Assembly: GCA_028023455.1 (NCBI GenBank) | Contig: JAQFVV010000003.1 | Coordinates: 8,494,001-8,558,000 of the forward strand | Length of the DNA: 64,000 nucleotides | Direction of reading: 5' to 3' | Source of the DNA: Epiperipatus broadwayi | Taxonomy: Eukaryota > Animalia > Onychophora | Shown: positions 27,205 to 42,061 of the stretch, one piece after another | Layout of the letters: every line of letters starts with the position of its first letter | How positions within the stretch are numbered: the stretch's first letter is position 1 | Notes under the pieces: model-generated | Seen by the model: only the letters and a program-made list of their open reading frames with translations | Told to the model about the DNA's origin: nothing | Database searches by the model: none | Program-made: the position numbers and the translations under genes

Positions 27205-27745
27205 TTTATTATTTTTGTTTTTTGGTTTTGATTTTTTAATTTTTAATTTTAATGTTTAAATTTTGATTTTTTGTTTTTGATTTATTGTTTTTTGGTTTTA
27301 TTTATCTAATTTTAATTATGCAATTTTTATTTATGTAATTGTAATTAAGTAGAAAATGATTATTTTAATATTAATTTTTAGATTAATGTTTTAATGCTTT
27401 TTAATGGGTTTTTGAGGGTTTTGTTTTTCATGGTTTGATGTTAAAATTTGAATTATTTTCATATATTTATTTTGGTTGTAATTTTACAGAAGTTTTAATT
27501 TTAATATTTTTAATGTTTTATTTAAAAAGATTTAAAAATTTTGTTTAAAAGTTTTTGGATTGAGTTGGTTTTTGTTTTGCATTATTTTGTTTTATTATAG
27601 TTTTATTATAATTTTATAATGATGACTATATGAAAATATAAAGAATAAGAATTTTGGTTGTATTGATGTAATATTTGTATAATTTTTGTTGTAGATCTGA
27701 AGAAGACTGCCAGGACAATTGAAATTGTTTAAATAAATAGTTTGC
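27205..27745 (+). mobile_element. Single diverged H3-like arm: long T-rich tract ending in a degenerate hammerhead-like motif
   Basis: About 490 bp of T-rich sequence, then CTGAAGA-A-gactg ccagga caatt-GAAA-ttgtttaaata at 27697-27735. Same layout as the arms of 16198-18131. Confidence 0.5.
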
Positions 27746-30319
27746 TTAAAGTGTTAAAGGAGTGTTAATGAAGTTTATATTAAAACAAACTCATTCAATA
27801 AAGATTGGCTATACATGTTATATAAATTAATAAAATATCAAAGACAAATAATTATTAAGTATCACTAATATATTTCTTTTGTCCATAAGGTTTTCAAGAC
27901 AATTCCTTTGACATTAACTACTATATTAATCCCTTAATTTTTTTTTTATATATACATTCCTGTGTTTAATTAATATCAACTTTGCAAATAAACAAAAAGA
28001 ATAATAAACAGAAATAAATAATCAAAGCAAAAGATTAGATTTTAGCTTTTAGGCTAAATAATATTAAAAAAAAAAAAAATACTATTACCTATCAAATCTG
28101 TATATTTAAGACCAATTTGAAGAAAACATAAGTTCAATTAATGAAAATATTATATGAAACATCAAAACCAAAATAAAAAAATATTAGGCATGCCCTATTT
28201 AGTATTAGTAAATTTCCAATTGATTAATTTTCTATTATAAAGCAAATATAGTGGAGTATCAAACTATGCATCATTTAATTACATGACCTCTACTATATAC
28301 TATTCAAAGAAAGATGTAAAACAAATAAAAATGTAAATAAACAATAAAATCATTAAAATTTGCACATTTTAAAATATTTAAGCAACCATTTTTCCTTCTC
28401 TGAGCATTGGACACTATTACATTTAAAAAAAGGTAAAATTTGTACATAAATTTTGCAATATACTGATTGTAAATATTAATAAAATTTCCTGGGTTCATGT
28501 TAAAAGCACATATTTTATTCCACCTTTATTATCCTTTCTGAATTTGATGTGCAATATTTTGCATAGTAAAATATTTTCTGAGCAAAATGCTAAAACATAA
28601 TGTTAAAAGTTTTACAAAATTTTCGAACATATTAAAAATTAATATAGATTTTAAAAAGTCAAAATAATTAGATCCTAATGTCCGATAAGAAGATTATTAT
28701 CACATTATTATAAGAGAAAAAAGTTATTGAAAAAAAAAAACAGCACCCAGAATGTATTTAATAGTGACAAAAATCAGACATTTAGCTATTTATTTTAAAA
28801 CTATGGTAGTAAAGTTTTTTTCTTATTTTTATTGCTTCAATGAATGCATGAGAAAACCCCTCAGTAAAAAAAAATGTCTCCTCAATTTATTATTAATAAT
28901 TAATTATTATTTTATAAAATTTTGTTTATACTATAACCTTAATTTATATATACATATTAATGTATAAAAAGTGTGTGTTATATATGTGCATGTTGAAAAG
29001 TATTGCACACTAGCAATTTAATAAACAACACATATTCTAATCAATATTCAGCAGTAAAACAAACTATTATAGGCCAAACACATTTTTAACTGGAGAGGCT
29101 TAGAACAAAATATGGCACAATTTGTGGCTCCACTATATACTTGAAACCTAAATTAAAACCTCATTTATTAAGAAACAAATATTTAATAATTTTACCAAAA
29201 AAATAATAATTAAATAAATAAAGTATGTCTAAATTAGTTGTATTTTATGTTGTAAACAAATTATTTGTGCAAACACAGATAATACTTTCATTTAAAATAG
29301 AAATTATATAAGATTTGATTTTTTAATATTAGCTCCTGATATCTAAATACTTTAGTTAGAATTACTCTCTCTCACTAGTTTAAGTTTTTGCTATCACATA
29401 AACACCGTCATCAAACAATACACAGTATGCTATTTTTGAAATGGTGAGTATAATTGCTGAATTATTTTTATTTATAAAATGGATTATTCAATAAGAAAGC
29501 TTTCCTAAATTTATCTAGATTTTGATGTATCAGTTATATATAACTATATTTACGAATATTTCTTTGAAGCATGTATGAACTTGAAGTTGATAATTTACTA
29601 CGAAGTCATTTGTCAAATTCTTTTTTTTTTTCAATCTCATGCTTGCTTGACAGTTTCTTTGAATTCTTGCATTTCATTGATTCTTCTAATTATTTATAAG
29701 AGTAAATTACTTTTTAGATGGCAGTTATTTCAGTTTGATAATTATTTCAGGGCAACTTGATGCTACACAGATTTATCAACTACAGGATAAAATAGTAAAA
29801 CAAATGTCCCAAAATATTGCTTAACTACTAAAACCAGTAATAAATTCCATTTTTTAGCATATAGTAGAACTATATTAATACTTACATTATTCCTTTTAGG
29901 TTGATCTTTCATTAATTTGTATTATTTTACAATCACCATTCCTTATAACAGTAATTATCTTTTCAACTTCAAATACTCCAATAAACTTCCTTAACTTCTA
30001 AACAATTGGCTTATCAAAAACTGATTAAATGTATACAAATTTTACTGTATATACCTACCTATGTCTGTTGTGATCAAGTTATGATTTTAATAAATCTGAA
30101 TTAGATGTTGACATTTTTCTGATATTTTAATCTGACTGTCTTCCTGAATATATGCTTCAATAAGCAGAATAAATATTCTTGGAATCTTAAAAAATTAATT
30201 TACATTACAATAATTACTTATTTATTAATGTATTCTAACCTAAAAAAAATTGAAATTAATTACTTGTTTTTCTCATACAACACAAATTATATTTAAGAAA
30301 AAGACATTATTTTTATTTT

Positions 30320-31665
30320 TTTAATATTTAAACAGCATTAAACTGTTGCACATATGCTTTGGATTTTAAATATAAAATGAATGAATACTAACACTTCAAC
30401 CACATGATAAAGTCGTTGGAAAAGATAGAATGGCCATCTATCTTTTCGAACCCAAACACTTTTGTATGGGCGAATCTTAAGTGTTTGAAAGTGAAAGCAT
30501 GAAGATATTAAATAATCACTTTAAATTACTTTTACATGCTTGAATGAATGACGCTGGTGAAATTTATTAGAATTTATGATACATCATTCTTATTTGAAAT
30601 TAAATGTATGTAAATAAGTCAATTATTTTATATAGCGCGATGTTTTTTATAAACAATAATATTTAAACAGCATTGAACTGTTGCACATGCACTTTGGATT
30701 TTAAATATAAAATGAATGAATACTACACTTCAACCACATGATAAAGTCTTTGAAAAAGATAGAATGGCCATCTATCTTTTCGAACCCAAACGCTTTTGTA
30801 TGGGCGAATCTTTAGTGTTTGAAAGTGAAAGCATGAAGATATTAAATAATAACTTTAAATTACTTTTATATGCTTGAATAAATGACGCTGGTGAAATTTA
30901 TTAGAATTTACGATATGTCATTCTTATTTGAAATTAAATGTATGTAAATAAGTCAATTATTTTATATAGTGCGATGTTTTTTATAAACAATAATAATTGA
31001 CTTATTTACATACATTTAATTTCAAATAAGAATGACGTATCGTAAATTCTAATAAATTTCACCAGTGTCATTCATTCAAGCATGTAAAAGTAATTTAAAG
31101 TGATTATTTAATATCTTCACGCTTTCACTTTCAAACATTTAAGATTCGCCCATACAAAAGCGTTTGGGTTCGAAAAGATAGATGGCCATTCTATCTTTTC
31201 CAAAGACTTTATCATGTGGTTGAAGTGTTAGTATTCATTCATTTTATATTTAAAATCCAAAGCGCATGTGCAACAGTTTAATGCTGTTTAAATATTATTG
31301 TTTATAAAAAACATCATGCTATATAAAATAATTGACTTATTTATATACATTTAATTTCAAATAAGAATGATGTATCGTAAATTCTAATAAATTTCGCCAG
31401 CATCATTCATTCAAGCATGTAAAAGTAATTTAAAGTGATTATTTAATATCTTCACGCTTTCAGTTTCGAACACTTAAGATTCGCTCATACAAAAGTGTTT
31501 GGGTGGTTGAAGTGTTAGTATTCATTCATTTTATATTTAAAATCCAAAGCGCATGTGCAACAGTTTAATGCTGTTTAAATATTATTGTTTATAAAAAACA
31601 TCACGCTATATAAAATAAATGACAAACCTAATATTGTAAATAAGCATTTATTTTATATAGCGCAT
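30320..31665. repeat. Array of an approximately 334-bp unit: two tandem copies followed by two inverted copies
   Basis: Units at about 30322-30655 and 30658-30990, then reverse copies at about 30993-31300 and 31305-31622 (the last with an internal deletion). Internal hairpin gaaaagatagaatggccatctatcttttc; low divergence between copies. Confidence 0.9.
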
Positions 31666-31948
31666 ATTTATAAATTGTAATACATTAAAGATCAGCCTGT
31701 CAAGCTATTGTGCATACGCTTTTTACGAGTGTTAATAATAAATGGATACTTTGACTTCCAACACAAGATATAGTATTTAGGAAAGAATAAAATGAATCCA
31801 CTTATTCTATCCAACCTAGATGATCTAATTATAACAGAAATTTATCAAAATAAATTTTTAAGAGATGTATTCCATATTCCATATATTATACCACTAATCT
31901 TTAATTCATACTTAATAAATACACTATTTAAAATCTTAATATATATAT

Positions 31949-34014
31949 TGTAAGGGGAAACCTGCACTAAACTACACTATACTAAGCCTAACCAAGCAAT
32001 TTTTAAACAATTTCTTACTTATTCTTTTTCAAACACCCATATGTACACTAAACACTGCGATCAGCAATTTTTTTTTTTTGTTGTTGTTATAGAGAGATAA
32101 AGTTTCAAGTTATACACTAACAAAATAAATACATCCACATATATATAGATAATATGACTAACCAAGAGTATTGTAAGTCATCAACTAACCAACATTATGA
32201 CATGAACATAAATAAAATATACAAGATAATGACCTATGTCAAGCATATCGCTAAGCAACCAGACTTGAAAACAAAAAGATAATCCCAATAAATATTTACT
32301 TTAATAACATTATCTTGATGTACAATTATGCAATAGTAGACAAATGCAGCAAGCACGAGAAAGTCAACATCCTGACAACTATATTTTTTTTCTTAACAAA
32401 GAAAGATGGACATATGTGTTCAAGTTTGAGAACAAATTTCAATCGAATAAGAATAAACAGTAATTTACTTATCCATCAATATAAACCCAAACCTTAAATA
32501 CCCCCAAGATATGGAAGCAAACCGAATGATTTGAGCTAATTGTAAAAAAGAAAACTTCAAATTTACATCAAATCATTGCAAGAGAATAAGTAAATAACCA
32601 CTAACATTCAGCAAGGACAGTTTTTTGCATCATTTCCCTATGCATAAAAACCCTAGAAAAAAACTATACAAACTAACGAGTACTGCAATGTGGTCTGGCT
32701 AAAAGAACTACGCTGTAGAAGGCTGAATGCCAATTCTTCAAGCCCATAGAAGAATTGTGATGTTTGAGATGCCTTTCTTGATTAAATAATGATTGATGAT
32801 GATGATTTTCAGTGGATCTCCTGCATCTTTTTCAAAGAAAACAAACTGGGCAGCACTAATGATCTACAATCCCGGAGTGAGTGCATATCCATTGAACTTA
32901 CAGACAGTATACCACCCAAGAAGATCTATCACCAGAAGGAATAGACTTTAAACATGATGGACAATGCTTGGCAGACTCAGAAATTGGATTTTTTTTTTTA
33001 TTCAGTTGATTTGTATTTTTATTTTATTAATTTATCATCTTATTTTTATTTTTCATATAATGGGAAAATTTATTTTAAGTGTAGAGAGAGGGAAGAGTTA
33101 GATTTCATAAACATTTTATTGTATTAAATAAAATTAGTCTACACACTTCTCCAGTAGCTTGATATCACCTGACTGAATGTGGAATAAGGTAAGATCTTGA
33201 TGTTATTCTACATTAAAAGCATACAGTAGAAAGAAAACAGAGTTTTCATTATTTGTTAAATGTTTTACTAACACTCATTATATATTCATTTTTCGGTGTA
33301 CATGACTAATTTCCTTGAGTAGATTAGAGAATCATATAGAAGGGGGTCCTCTCCTCCAAGAAGGATGATGATACTCATCGTGAATTCAGACAGCAAGCAT
33401 TATTCTATAATATGACTATACATAAGAATAATTAGTAAGTCAGATTCACGATCTTATAATATTTTTATTATTATTTTAAACTTTTAAAAATAAAGATGGC
33501 CAAGATATGGATTTCTATCACAGAATTTAGGAATCAGGATATTAATCACATTTAACTCTTAAAGTGATAGAAAGCCATCCTTGACTCATATTATTAAGTT
33601 GTTTCAATCCATTTGATCTCTGTCTTGTTCCCATTATTGTGCATTCATACCTCTAAATATGTATGCTAAATTCCAATACACACACTATTTATATGAATAC
33701 TGATATTGGAAATATTCTGGGAAAGTGCTGTAATTGATCCTCGCTTATACAGAGGCTCAGTTGTCATTGACCTGAGTAGGCCCATCCCTGAAGAGAGTCT
33801 AGTATGAATTCTCCGAGAGTTTAAATACTGAGGTATAATAGAGCCACAAAAAGAGGTGAAATGAGGATGAACTAGCCCAAATTATATCTAAATTTAATGT
33901 GTGAATATAGAGCTAGCCCATTGGAGGTGAATGTCATCATGGGATTAAGTATTTCATAGCATCTGAGCCAACATCCTATGTGAAGCTCCTAGGTCTGACC
34001 ACTGGTCCATTACA
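31949..34014 (+). repeat. 5' LTR (about 2.07 kb) of the Osvaldo-like element
   Basis: Colinear with 40560-46001 once the nested insertions are removed. Confidence 0.9.
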
Positions 34015-34016
34015 TC

Positions 34017-34040
34017 TGGTGCCTAACTTTAGGGGCTCGA
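34017..34040 (+). promoter_or_regulatory. Primer-binding site, tRNA-Lys(CUU)-like, degenerate
   Basis: tggtgcctaactttaggggctcga versus the canonical Lys1,2 PBS TGGCGCCCAACGTGGGGCTCGA; it starts 2 nt after the LTR end. Confidence 0.75.
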
Positions 34041-34549
34041 AACAAGAAGCTTACAGAGATAGTTCCCTTCAGGACTTGGAAATCTATATAAAATTTTGTT
34101 TTGGAATGATAATTTCATTTTCAAATTATAACCAACCATAACCACCATGGACTTACACAAATTTATGTTCGACCACAATGAGAATTTTAAGTTTGAACAT
34201 GCACATTAAAAAAAAATGACATTAAAAGTGGTGAATGCACATATGGTCTTACAAACATCATAATAATCAGAGACCAATAACTAAATGACTAATAAATTGT
34301 GTTTAAAATAGGTGAGTCAAACAAGTAAAATGCAGACTTAAATATAGGCAATAAAATATGCATCCCCACACACAAACAAGTAAAATGCAGACTTAAATAT
34401 AGGCAATAAAATATGCATCCCCACACACATACACACAAAAAGGGGAAAATTATGAATAAACACAAAATGGCTTGGGGTGCAAGGAACCCTACAGTATACT
34501 ATCTTTACATATATAAGCAAATAAAAACTTTATAACCATATACGTAAAA

Positions 34550-36830
34550 CAAGTGATGATAACAAGGAATGAAAGAAAATTAATGAGAATGGATGAGAAA
34601 ATTTCACAAGAAACTATAAATAATAGTAGTAATGAGTTGGAATGCTCTACCTCTAAAAGTGGAGAATCTGCATTGGTACAGTTACGTGGGGAGTCCATGA
34701 CAGAAAATGATCATTCTCCATAGGTATCAGTGGTGATCTAAACAGCAGCATTTCAAACCTATGAGATGTGTCAATAAAATGAATCAAGCACCCAGGATCG
34801 AAGTAGCACAGGCTACAGATGTAATGACTATGGAACACATATTCTAGTCGATCATGATAATGAAAGTAGAACTCGTCAACAGCATGGATGTGAAAATGGA
34901 CAGCATGAAAGCAGAACTCACTAATAGAATGAACACAAACATGAACAGTTTGGATGTAAATATGAACAGCATGAAGGAAGACATGAATGACATGGATGAA
35001 AAATAGATAAAATAAACACAAATGTGGCATCAAAGAAGATTTGAAAACTGAAATGATGGAGATAGGAAGCAAATTATCTGTCGATATGGAACAGCTGTCT
35101 CCGATTGTCAATAATGCTGAGAGAAAGAATAGGGAACTGAGACAAGAACTAGGAGAAATAAGAAGGGAGATGAAAAAAGGGACATGATGCCAGCAAAGAT
35201 TCAAAGAGAGATGGAAAAAAGAACACAATGTCACAAAGATTCAAAGATTTTAGTTGTACCATCTCAAGTCAGATAGACAAGTTTTGTGAGATGACTTGAA
35301 GCTATGAAGACTCCAAGAGTGAAGTATGCATAAGCCAAGAGAAATACTGAGAACAAATTTAAGAAAGAATTTCAAAGCATACGAATTATTGCACAATGTC
35401 AAAACAGAGGGGCACAACAAGGCCATTGCCAAGAGAAATACTGAGAACAAATTTAAGAAAGAATTTGAAGGCATACAAATTATGGCACAATGTCAAAACA
35501 GAGGGGCATAACAAGGCCATTGAATCAATGGTGCACAATATAAAGTGTCTGGAAGACATACAAGCTGCAAATGAGACAGAAAACCTCTCAGACAAGACAA
35601 ACCTCAAAAAGATGGATGAAAGTATAAATGAAACGCATGACCAGGTCAACCAACTGAGTGGATCAGTCAATCAGAGGTTTGAGGCCCTCAAATCCCGCTA
35701 TGCCTGAGAACAACAGTATTTGGGATATGACCAACTAGGGATGATTGAATGGCTCTGACTGGTAGGGAGAAGTGGAATGAAGTGATAAACAGCTTGGCAA
35801 TCACCCTCAAGGCCCCCAATAGAATGAGTAACGAGTGCCAAGCAGCCAGCCTCCCACACCAAGAACCATGAGGGATAGAAGACTCTCCTTTCAATTCCAA
35901 CCTAGAAGGAATCATAACTGGCAAATGCCATGTTGATCAGGACACACAGGTACCCATCTACCCATGAATTCCAGGAAGATGTCCAGTGTGTGCAACCATG
36001 CAACACAAATCAGACCATCAACCAATTCATAAGGCCAAAAGTCTTCAAGAAATCCGCTAATGAGGCCCAGTAGAACATCTAAGGAGCCTCAACCTGTATT
36101 TTTCCATGAACCACAATTTGACTGAGGGTGAGAAATTGATCACCACCTACAGCCACCTCCAAGTGATGCACTGATATGGTGAGAGTCATTATTCCAGACC
36201 CTGTCCATTTTTGAAGACTACCAGACATTACCAGTAAAGAATTTCTGGAACTGCAATAGGCAAAAAGTCTTGTTATACCAATTACCCCAGAAGAATGCAA
36301 CACCAGGAGAAACATTGACGAAATTCATTTACCACTGGGTTACCAAATTAAGAACTTTAGCAAAAGTGAGATAAGGATAGTCAAAAAAATCTACTCCTTA
36401 AGATCGAGCTGTCTCTCCTCTGCATAAATGCCAAAAATATTGGGCAAATGGTGGAGTTGCTAAACAGCATCAATTCAAATGTAACCAACAGGATGCCAGA
36501 AAAACATAAAGAAGATATACTGTCAATAGTATATACTATAAATGATGAAAGAATAATGACCTATATCATTGGAAAGAGAAGTCCCTACAACAAACCTCCC
36601 CATATACATGGACAAACAATAAACCAAAAACAACATATCTTAAACCCAAAATCAGTCTCCCCAATAGCCCAGGGAAAAAAACCTATGCCAGGGTGTAACA
36701 ACTACAGCCCAAAACCCTCCACAAACCAACTGAAATGGTACTTGAGGCCATGTTCCTCACCTCAAGAAGCCAAAAAGATGATAAGAAACAAACCAAACCA
36801 AATCACTAAATTTTATATGTTCATGGGAAG
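34550..36830 (+). pseudogene. Decayed gag-like region (coiled-coil-type, internally repetitive)
   Basis: K/E/N-rich broken ORFs between the PBS and the protease, with an imperfect gaacagcatg-type minisatellite at about 34870-35000 and an approximately 97-bp tandem duplication at 35335-35520. Confidence 0.6.
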
Positions 36831-36889
36831 ATAAAGTACCTAATTTCATTTTGCAGAGCTGCCCCATGATAGAGATTTTGTTTGAGAGT

Positions 36890-39800
36890 TTGCTAGTTAA
36901 GGCTTTGTCAGATTCTGACATCCAGATATCAATAGTATCAGACAAGTTCTACCATAGTTCTACCATAAAATTCTGACTAAGAACCCCAATGTCAAAACCC
37001 TGCCACTCAAATCAATACAGTACCATGGCTAACAATAAAAAGGCTAAACTAGTGCAAAAACTAATATGGGTTCAAATGAAAATTTTCCAAATATTCCAAT
37101 ATCATGTTTTCCTCATACTGAATGGCCTAATACATGTGGTCATCTTAGGGGCAGACTTTCTACACATGAACCATTGTACTACTGATTTCTCTGATAGGAC
37201 AGTCAGGATAAATGATGAGGTCTTGGACATGTCATTGCTTCCAAGATATGACTTACATGGGGTTTACTGCACAGTAAGATTGTGAAATCCAAGGTACTTG
37301 GGAGTGATGATACAGTGAAATAGTGATCAGTTATTGATGAATTCAGCCCGATGTTCTCAGAGAGACTAGGGATAATAGAGGGTTTCCAACAAAGAATAAA
37401 ACTAGTCCATGAGCAATCATTTCAATCCAAATCCTACCCTATTCCATATCAGTATTGGGAAGAGTATCCAAGCAGATTTATAAAATGCTGGAGTGAGGGA
37501 TTATTTCAAATGTTCTTCAACTTACTGCAACCCAGTTGTAACAGTAAAAAAAGATGAATCAATGAGATTTTGTTTAGATACTCAGCAACTAAACAAAATT
37601 ACAGTTCCTGATAGGAACATCCCATCGCCCTCCACTTTCGACTTGACCTCCAGTTATTGGCAGATTGAACTCAATCTGGAAGATCACCAATATACTGCCT
37701 TCTGATATGAGGGTTTTATCTATCAATTTAATAGAATATCCTTTGGATTGATCAATAGTGGTGCTGGTCTAATAAGATGCTTGAACAAAACCCTCTCCTG
37801 AGGTCAAACAGATTGCTACCATTTACATGGTTGACATAATAATTGGATCTGCCACAATATATTCAATACCTAACCCTATTCTTTAAAGAGTGCTATGAAA
37901 AGGAGATAAATGTCAACTTCAAGAAGAGCATATTAGTTTGCAATGAGGTAATCTTCTTAGATCACATCATTAGTTGCAATGAGCTAAGATCTCATCTAGA
38001 CAAGATCATGTCATTCAGAATATTCCAAAACCCACTAATAAAAAACAAATCTGGTCATTTTTAGAGCTGTGCAACTTCTATAATCATTTCTACCAAAAGT
38101 TCTCTGACCACACGGAACCACTGCTAAAACTCATTAGAAACGATGAGTAATGGAATTGTACCAAGAAACAAGGATGAAACATTTGCAAATATTAAAACAG
38201 GGTTCTCAAGGTTCTTTGAGCAAATAATGTTAGCCTTCCCTGATTTTAATAAACCATTCATTGTTCAGCTTTCTCGGATGAAGCATTTGCAAATATTAAA
38301 GCAGGTTCTCAGAGTTCTTTGAGCAAATAATGTTAGCCTTCCCTGATTTTAATAAACCATTCATTGTTCAGACAGTATTGGTTACAGATTAGAGGTAACT
38401 ATCCCAAATCCAGGGGAACGGCAAACCTGGCATCCTCTACTTCATCAGTCGGCTCCTAAAGGGTCCAGAAATAAATTACGTGGTTACAGAAAAGAAAGCC
38501 CTAGCAATCTAGAAATTCCAAAAAATGCTTCACAGATCAGAGGTGAGTGATCACAGACCACAAACGCCTTGGATTTCGGAACCACAGCTACCTGATGAAC
38601 ATTTGTTTAATCAGGTGGATCTGTTGTTTCAACTATACAGTCCAGTATTGCAAAGGATCCGAGAATCTTATAGCTAATGTGTTGAATTGAAACCCATATA
38701 GGTTAGAACAGCATCATCTATCACTGGATAATGCCTACATTATCAACATTCAATCTGAAGATTGATTCATAGAGAACAATTTAGAAGACCTGCACGATGC
38801 ACAGTAAAAAGACCCAGATCTAAATCCAATAATCAAAGCTTTAAAGGGAAAGTCCTGCACATGCCAAAAAATCTTATGATGTATACATTAGAAAAACAAA
38901 TCCCATTACATAAAGTTAACCATGATACCAATAAGTGAAGGGTAGTAATAACTAAGTCCTTATGAGACCCACTCATAAAGAATGTATATTGTCTATAAGG
39001 GCATTATGGTACCCATAAAACAGAACATACTATTAACAATTGGTTTTACTGGCCAAAGATATATAAGGACACTTGAGATTACTCCAAGACTGTCTAGTTT
39101 GCTTAAGAGCCAAACCAGTAAACCAGAACTATATTAACTATTAAATCAATCGTACCAGAAAGATCAAATGAGATTCAAGCAATCGAGTATTATGCACCAT
39201 TGCCATTTAACCACAAAATTTTTTATTAGTCACCTACAATCTCTTTTCCAAATATGTTGCTGCTTACGTAATACCCCTAGCCAATACCAGACATATGATC
39301 AAGGTATTGAACACCCTCCAATTTGTGGTGATAGAAGGCCTAAGACATTTTAACTTATCATAGTACCCCTTTCCTATCCAAGGAGTGACAAAAATGGGTA
39401 GAAAAATAAAACGTGCTAACCTCCATTAAAAACCCACAGTCAAACACATGCAAACATATCATGCAGGAGTTTAGACACTTGTTTAGGATCTATTTAGAGA
39501 AAGAGCATAAAGGGTGGGTAAAGCAGATGAAACATGTAGTCAATACATCAATTGGAGTATAAATGAATTGACTGAATTCACACACATACAATTACATTTT
39601 AATCAAATTACATCTGTTATTCACAAAATACCAATCAAATTACATCTGTTATTCACAAAATACCAACTTATAGCTGCTCAAACCAAAATAGATGCAGAAA
39701 AAATTAGACTAAAGGCTTGTGAGCGACTTGCCATTTTTTGATGAGTCACAGGAACCAAAATACAAAAAAATCCCTACACAAATATAAGGTTGGAGATAAA

Positions 39801-39950
39801 GTTCTTAGAACTCCACATCCAAATAGACCCCAGGAAAATAAGAACCATAAGTTCTACAATACATATGAAGGACAAGCAAACAGGTACCAATGCTTTTTGG
39901 ATAAACCAGAAAGAAGATTCAGGACTCGTATAATGTCCACATCTTAAAAT
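36890..39950 (+). pseudogene. Decayed pol (protease-RT-RNase H-integrase)
   Basis: VILGADFL (PR); NPVVTVKKDESMRFCLDTQQLNKIT, FDLTSSYWQI..TAF, EVIFLDHIIS (RT); PDFNKPFIVQT, SRLLKGPEINY (RH); HYG..KT...FYWPKIYKD and NPQSN (IN). Many stops and frameshifts. Confidence 0.9.
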
Positions 39951-42061
39951 CTTTTTTTTTGCTGCTCCAAATAACCTATGATGACCTATCAAATCAATCA
40001 TGCAGCTAAAGAATGAAAGTAAAACGATCAAGCAAGGTATAAAAATGATGTAAATCACATCAGAGAAAAAAAAACAGGTGGTCAAAAAAAGTACAAGACT
40101 AGGGATATTAAGGTTGACAGGGGTATTCCCCAGTTAATGCTCAAATGTGGTCACTGGGATACCTTGAGACTAGCCAAGACATAGGAGTCAATGCATTCCA
40201 ATAAATGAATACTGTAATATTTCATCAGACCTTCATGAATCAAATGAGTTTTGAAAGGGAGCAGGAAAAAGGCTAGCAAATAAATCCATATGCCATCTGC
40301 AATAGAGACATATTACCGGTTGAGTCTTGACCATAATGCCATCAAAGCCCCTAACTCTAGATCACTCCCCAAATGGTATGGCTTAACCATAAGAAAGATG
40401 GTTAAACTACTCAGCTATAAAGATGTGAAGTAGTCAAGAAATAGGTTTAGCAACCTTCATCCAATTTAAAAACAATAAGGCCTTATATTAAAAACATATC
40501 AACATACTTACAAAATTTGAATATAAATTAAAATTTTAACCCTGTTAGAAAAGGGGAGTTGTAAAGAGACTTACAAACTATCACCCACCTGCACTAAACT
40601 ACACCATACCAAGCTTAACCAAGCAATTGTTAAACAATTACTTATTCTTTTTCAAACACACATATATACACTAAACACTGCGATCAGCAAGTTATGTTTT
40701 TTTTCTATTAGAAAGAAAGATAAAGTTTCAAGTTATACACTAAGAAAATAAATACACCCACATCTATATAGACAATATGACTAACCAAGAGTATTGTAAG
40801 TCATCAACTAACCAACATTATGATGTGAACATAAATAAAATACACAAGATAATGACACTATCTCAAGCATATTGCTAAGCAACCTGATTTGAAAATGAAA
40901 AGATAATCCCAATAAATATTTATTTTAATAACATTACGTTGATGTACATTTACTCAATAATAGACAAACGCAGCAAGCACGAGGAAGTCAACATCTTGAC
41001 AACCATATTATTTTATTTTCTTAACAAAGCAAGATGGATGGATGTGTTTGATTTTGAGAAAAAATTTCAATCACACAAGAACAAACAGTAATTTACTTCA
41101 TCTGTCAATAAAAAACAAAATCTGAAATACCTCCAAGATATGAAAGCAAATCGAATGATTTAAGCTAATTGCAAATAACTGCTAACAATCAGCAAGGACA
41201 ATTTTTTGCGCCATTTCTCTTCTCTATGCATAAAAATAACCCTAGAAAAACTACGGACTAATGAGGGTAATGCAATGTGGCCTAGCTAAAAGAACTATGC
41301 CATAGGAGGCGAACACCATCTCTTCAAACCCACAGAAGCATTATGATGTGCGTTGATGATGATGATCTTCAGTGGATCTCCTGCATCTTCTTCAAAGAAA
41401 ACAAACTGGGAGAAACTGATGATCTTCAATCTTGGAGTGAATGTGCATCATGTGCATCAATTGAACTTATGGACAGTACACCACCCGAGATTTATCAGCA
41501 GAAGGAATAGACTTTAAACATGATGGACAATGCTTGCTAGACTCAAAAATTAATTTTTTTACATTTTATTCAATTGATTTGTATTTTTATTTTATAAATT
41601 ATTTATCATCTTACTTTTATTTTTCATATTTTGTTTTCCTTTCATTTCACATTTGTAAGCTAATATTTGAGAAAACGAAAAGTTTATTTTAAGTGTGGGG
41701 GAGGTTGAAGTTATATTTTTTAATTATTTTATTGTTGAAGTTATATTTTTTAATTATTTTATTGTATTAAATAAAATTTAGTCTACACATCTCTTCAGTA
41801 GCTTCACATCATCCAACTGAATAGGAAATAAGGTAAGATCTTGATATTGTTCCACATTAAAAGCATACAGTAGCATTAGAACAGAATTTTTGTTATTTGT
41901 TAAATGTTTTACTAACATTCATTATATATATATTTGTTTTTCAGTGCATATGACTAACTTCCTTGAGTAGATGGTCTCTCCTCCAAGAAGGATGATGATA
42001 CTCATCATAAATCAGAGAGCAAGAATTAGTCTATAATATGACTGTACATAAGAATAATTAG

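Noticed and set aside
31130-31210. Hammerhead or HDV-like fold in the 334-bp unit
   Set aside because: All copies read (C/T)TTAAGA instead of CTGANGA and have no stem I; the GGCGAAT resemblance to HDV J4/2 lacks the P1/P1.1 context.
33785-33830. CTGAAGA-GAG...CTC-CGAGA motif in the 5' LTR
   Set aside because: GAAA is absent, there is no stem I, and the motif is not conserved in the 3' LTR.
34653-35234. 193-aa minus-strand ORF
   Set aside because: It is antisense to the repetitive gag region; the H/F/S-rich composition mirrors the sense-strand minisatellite.
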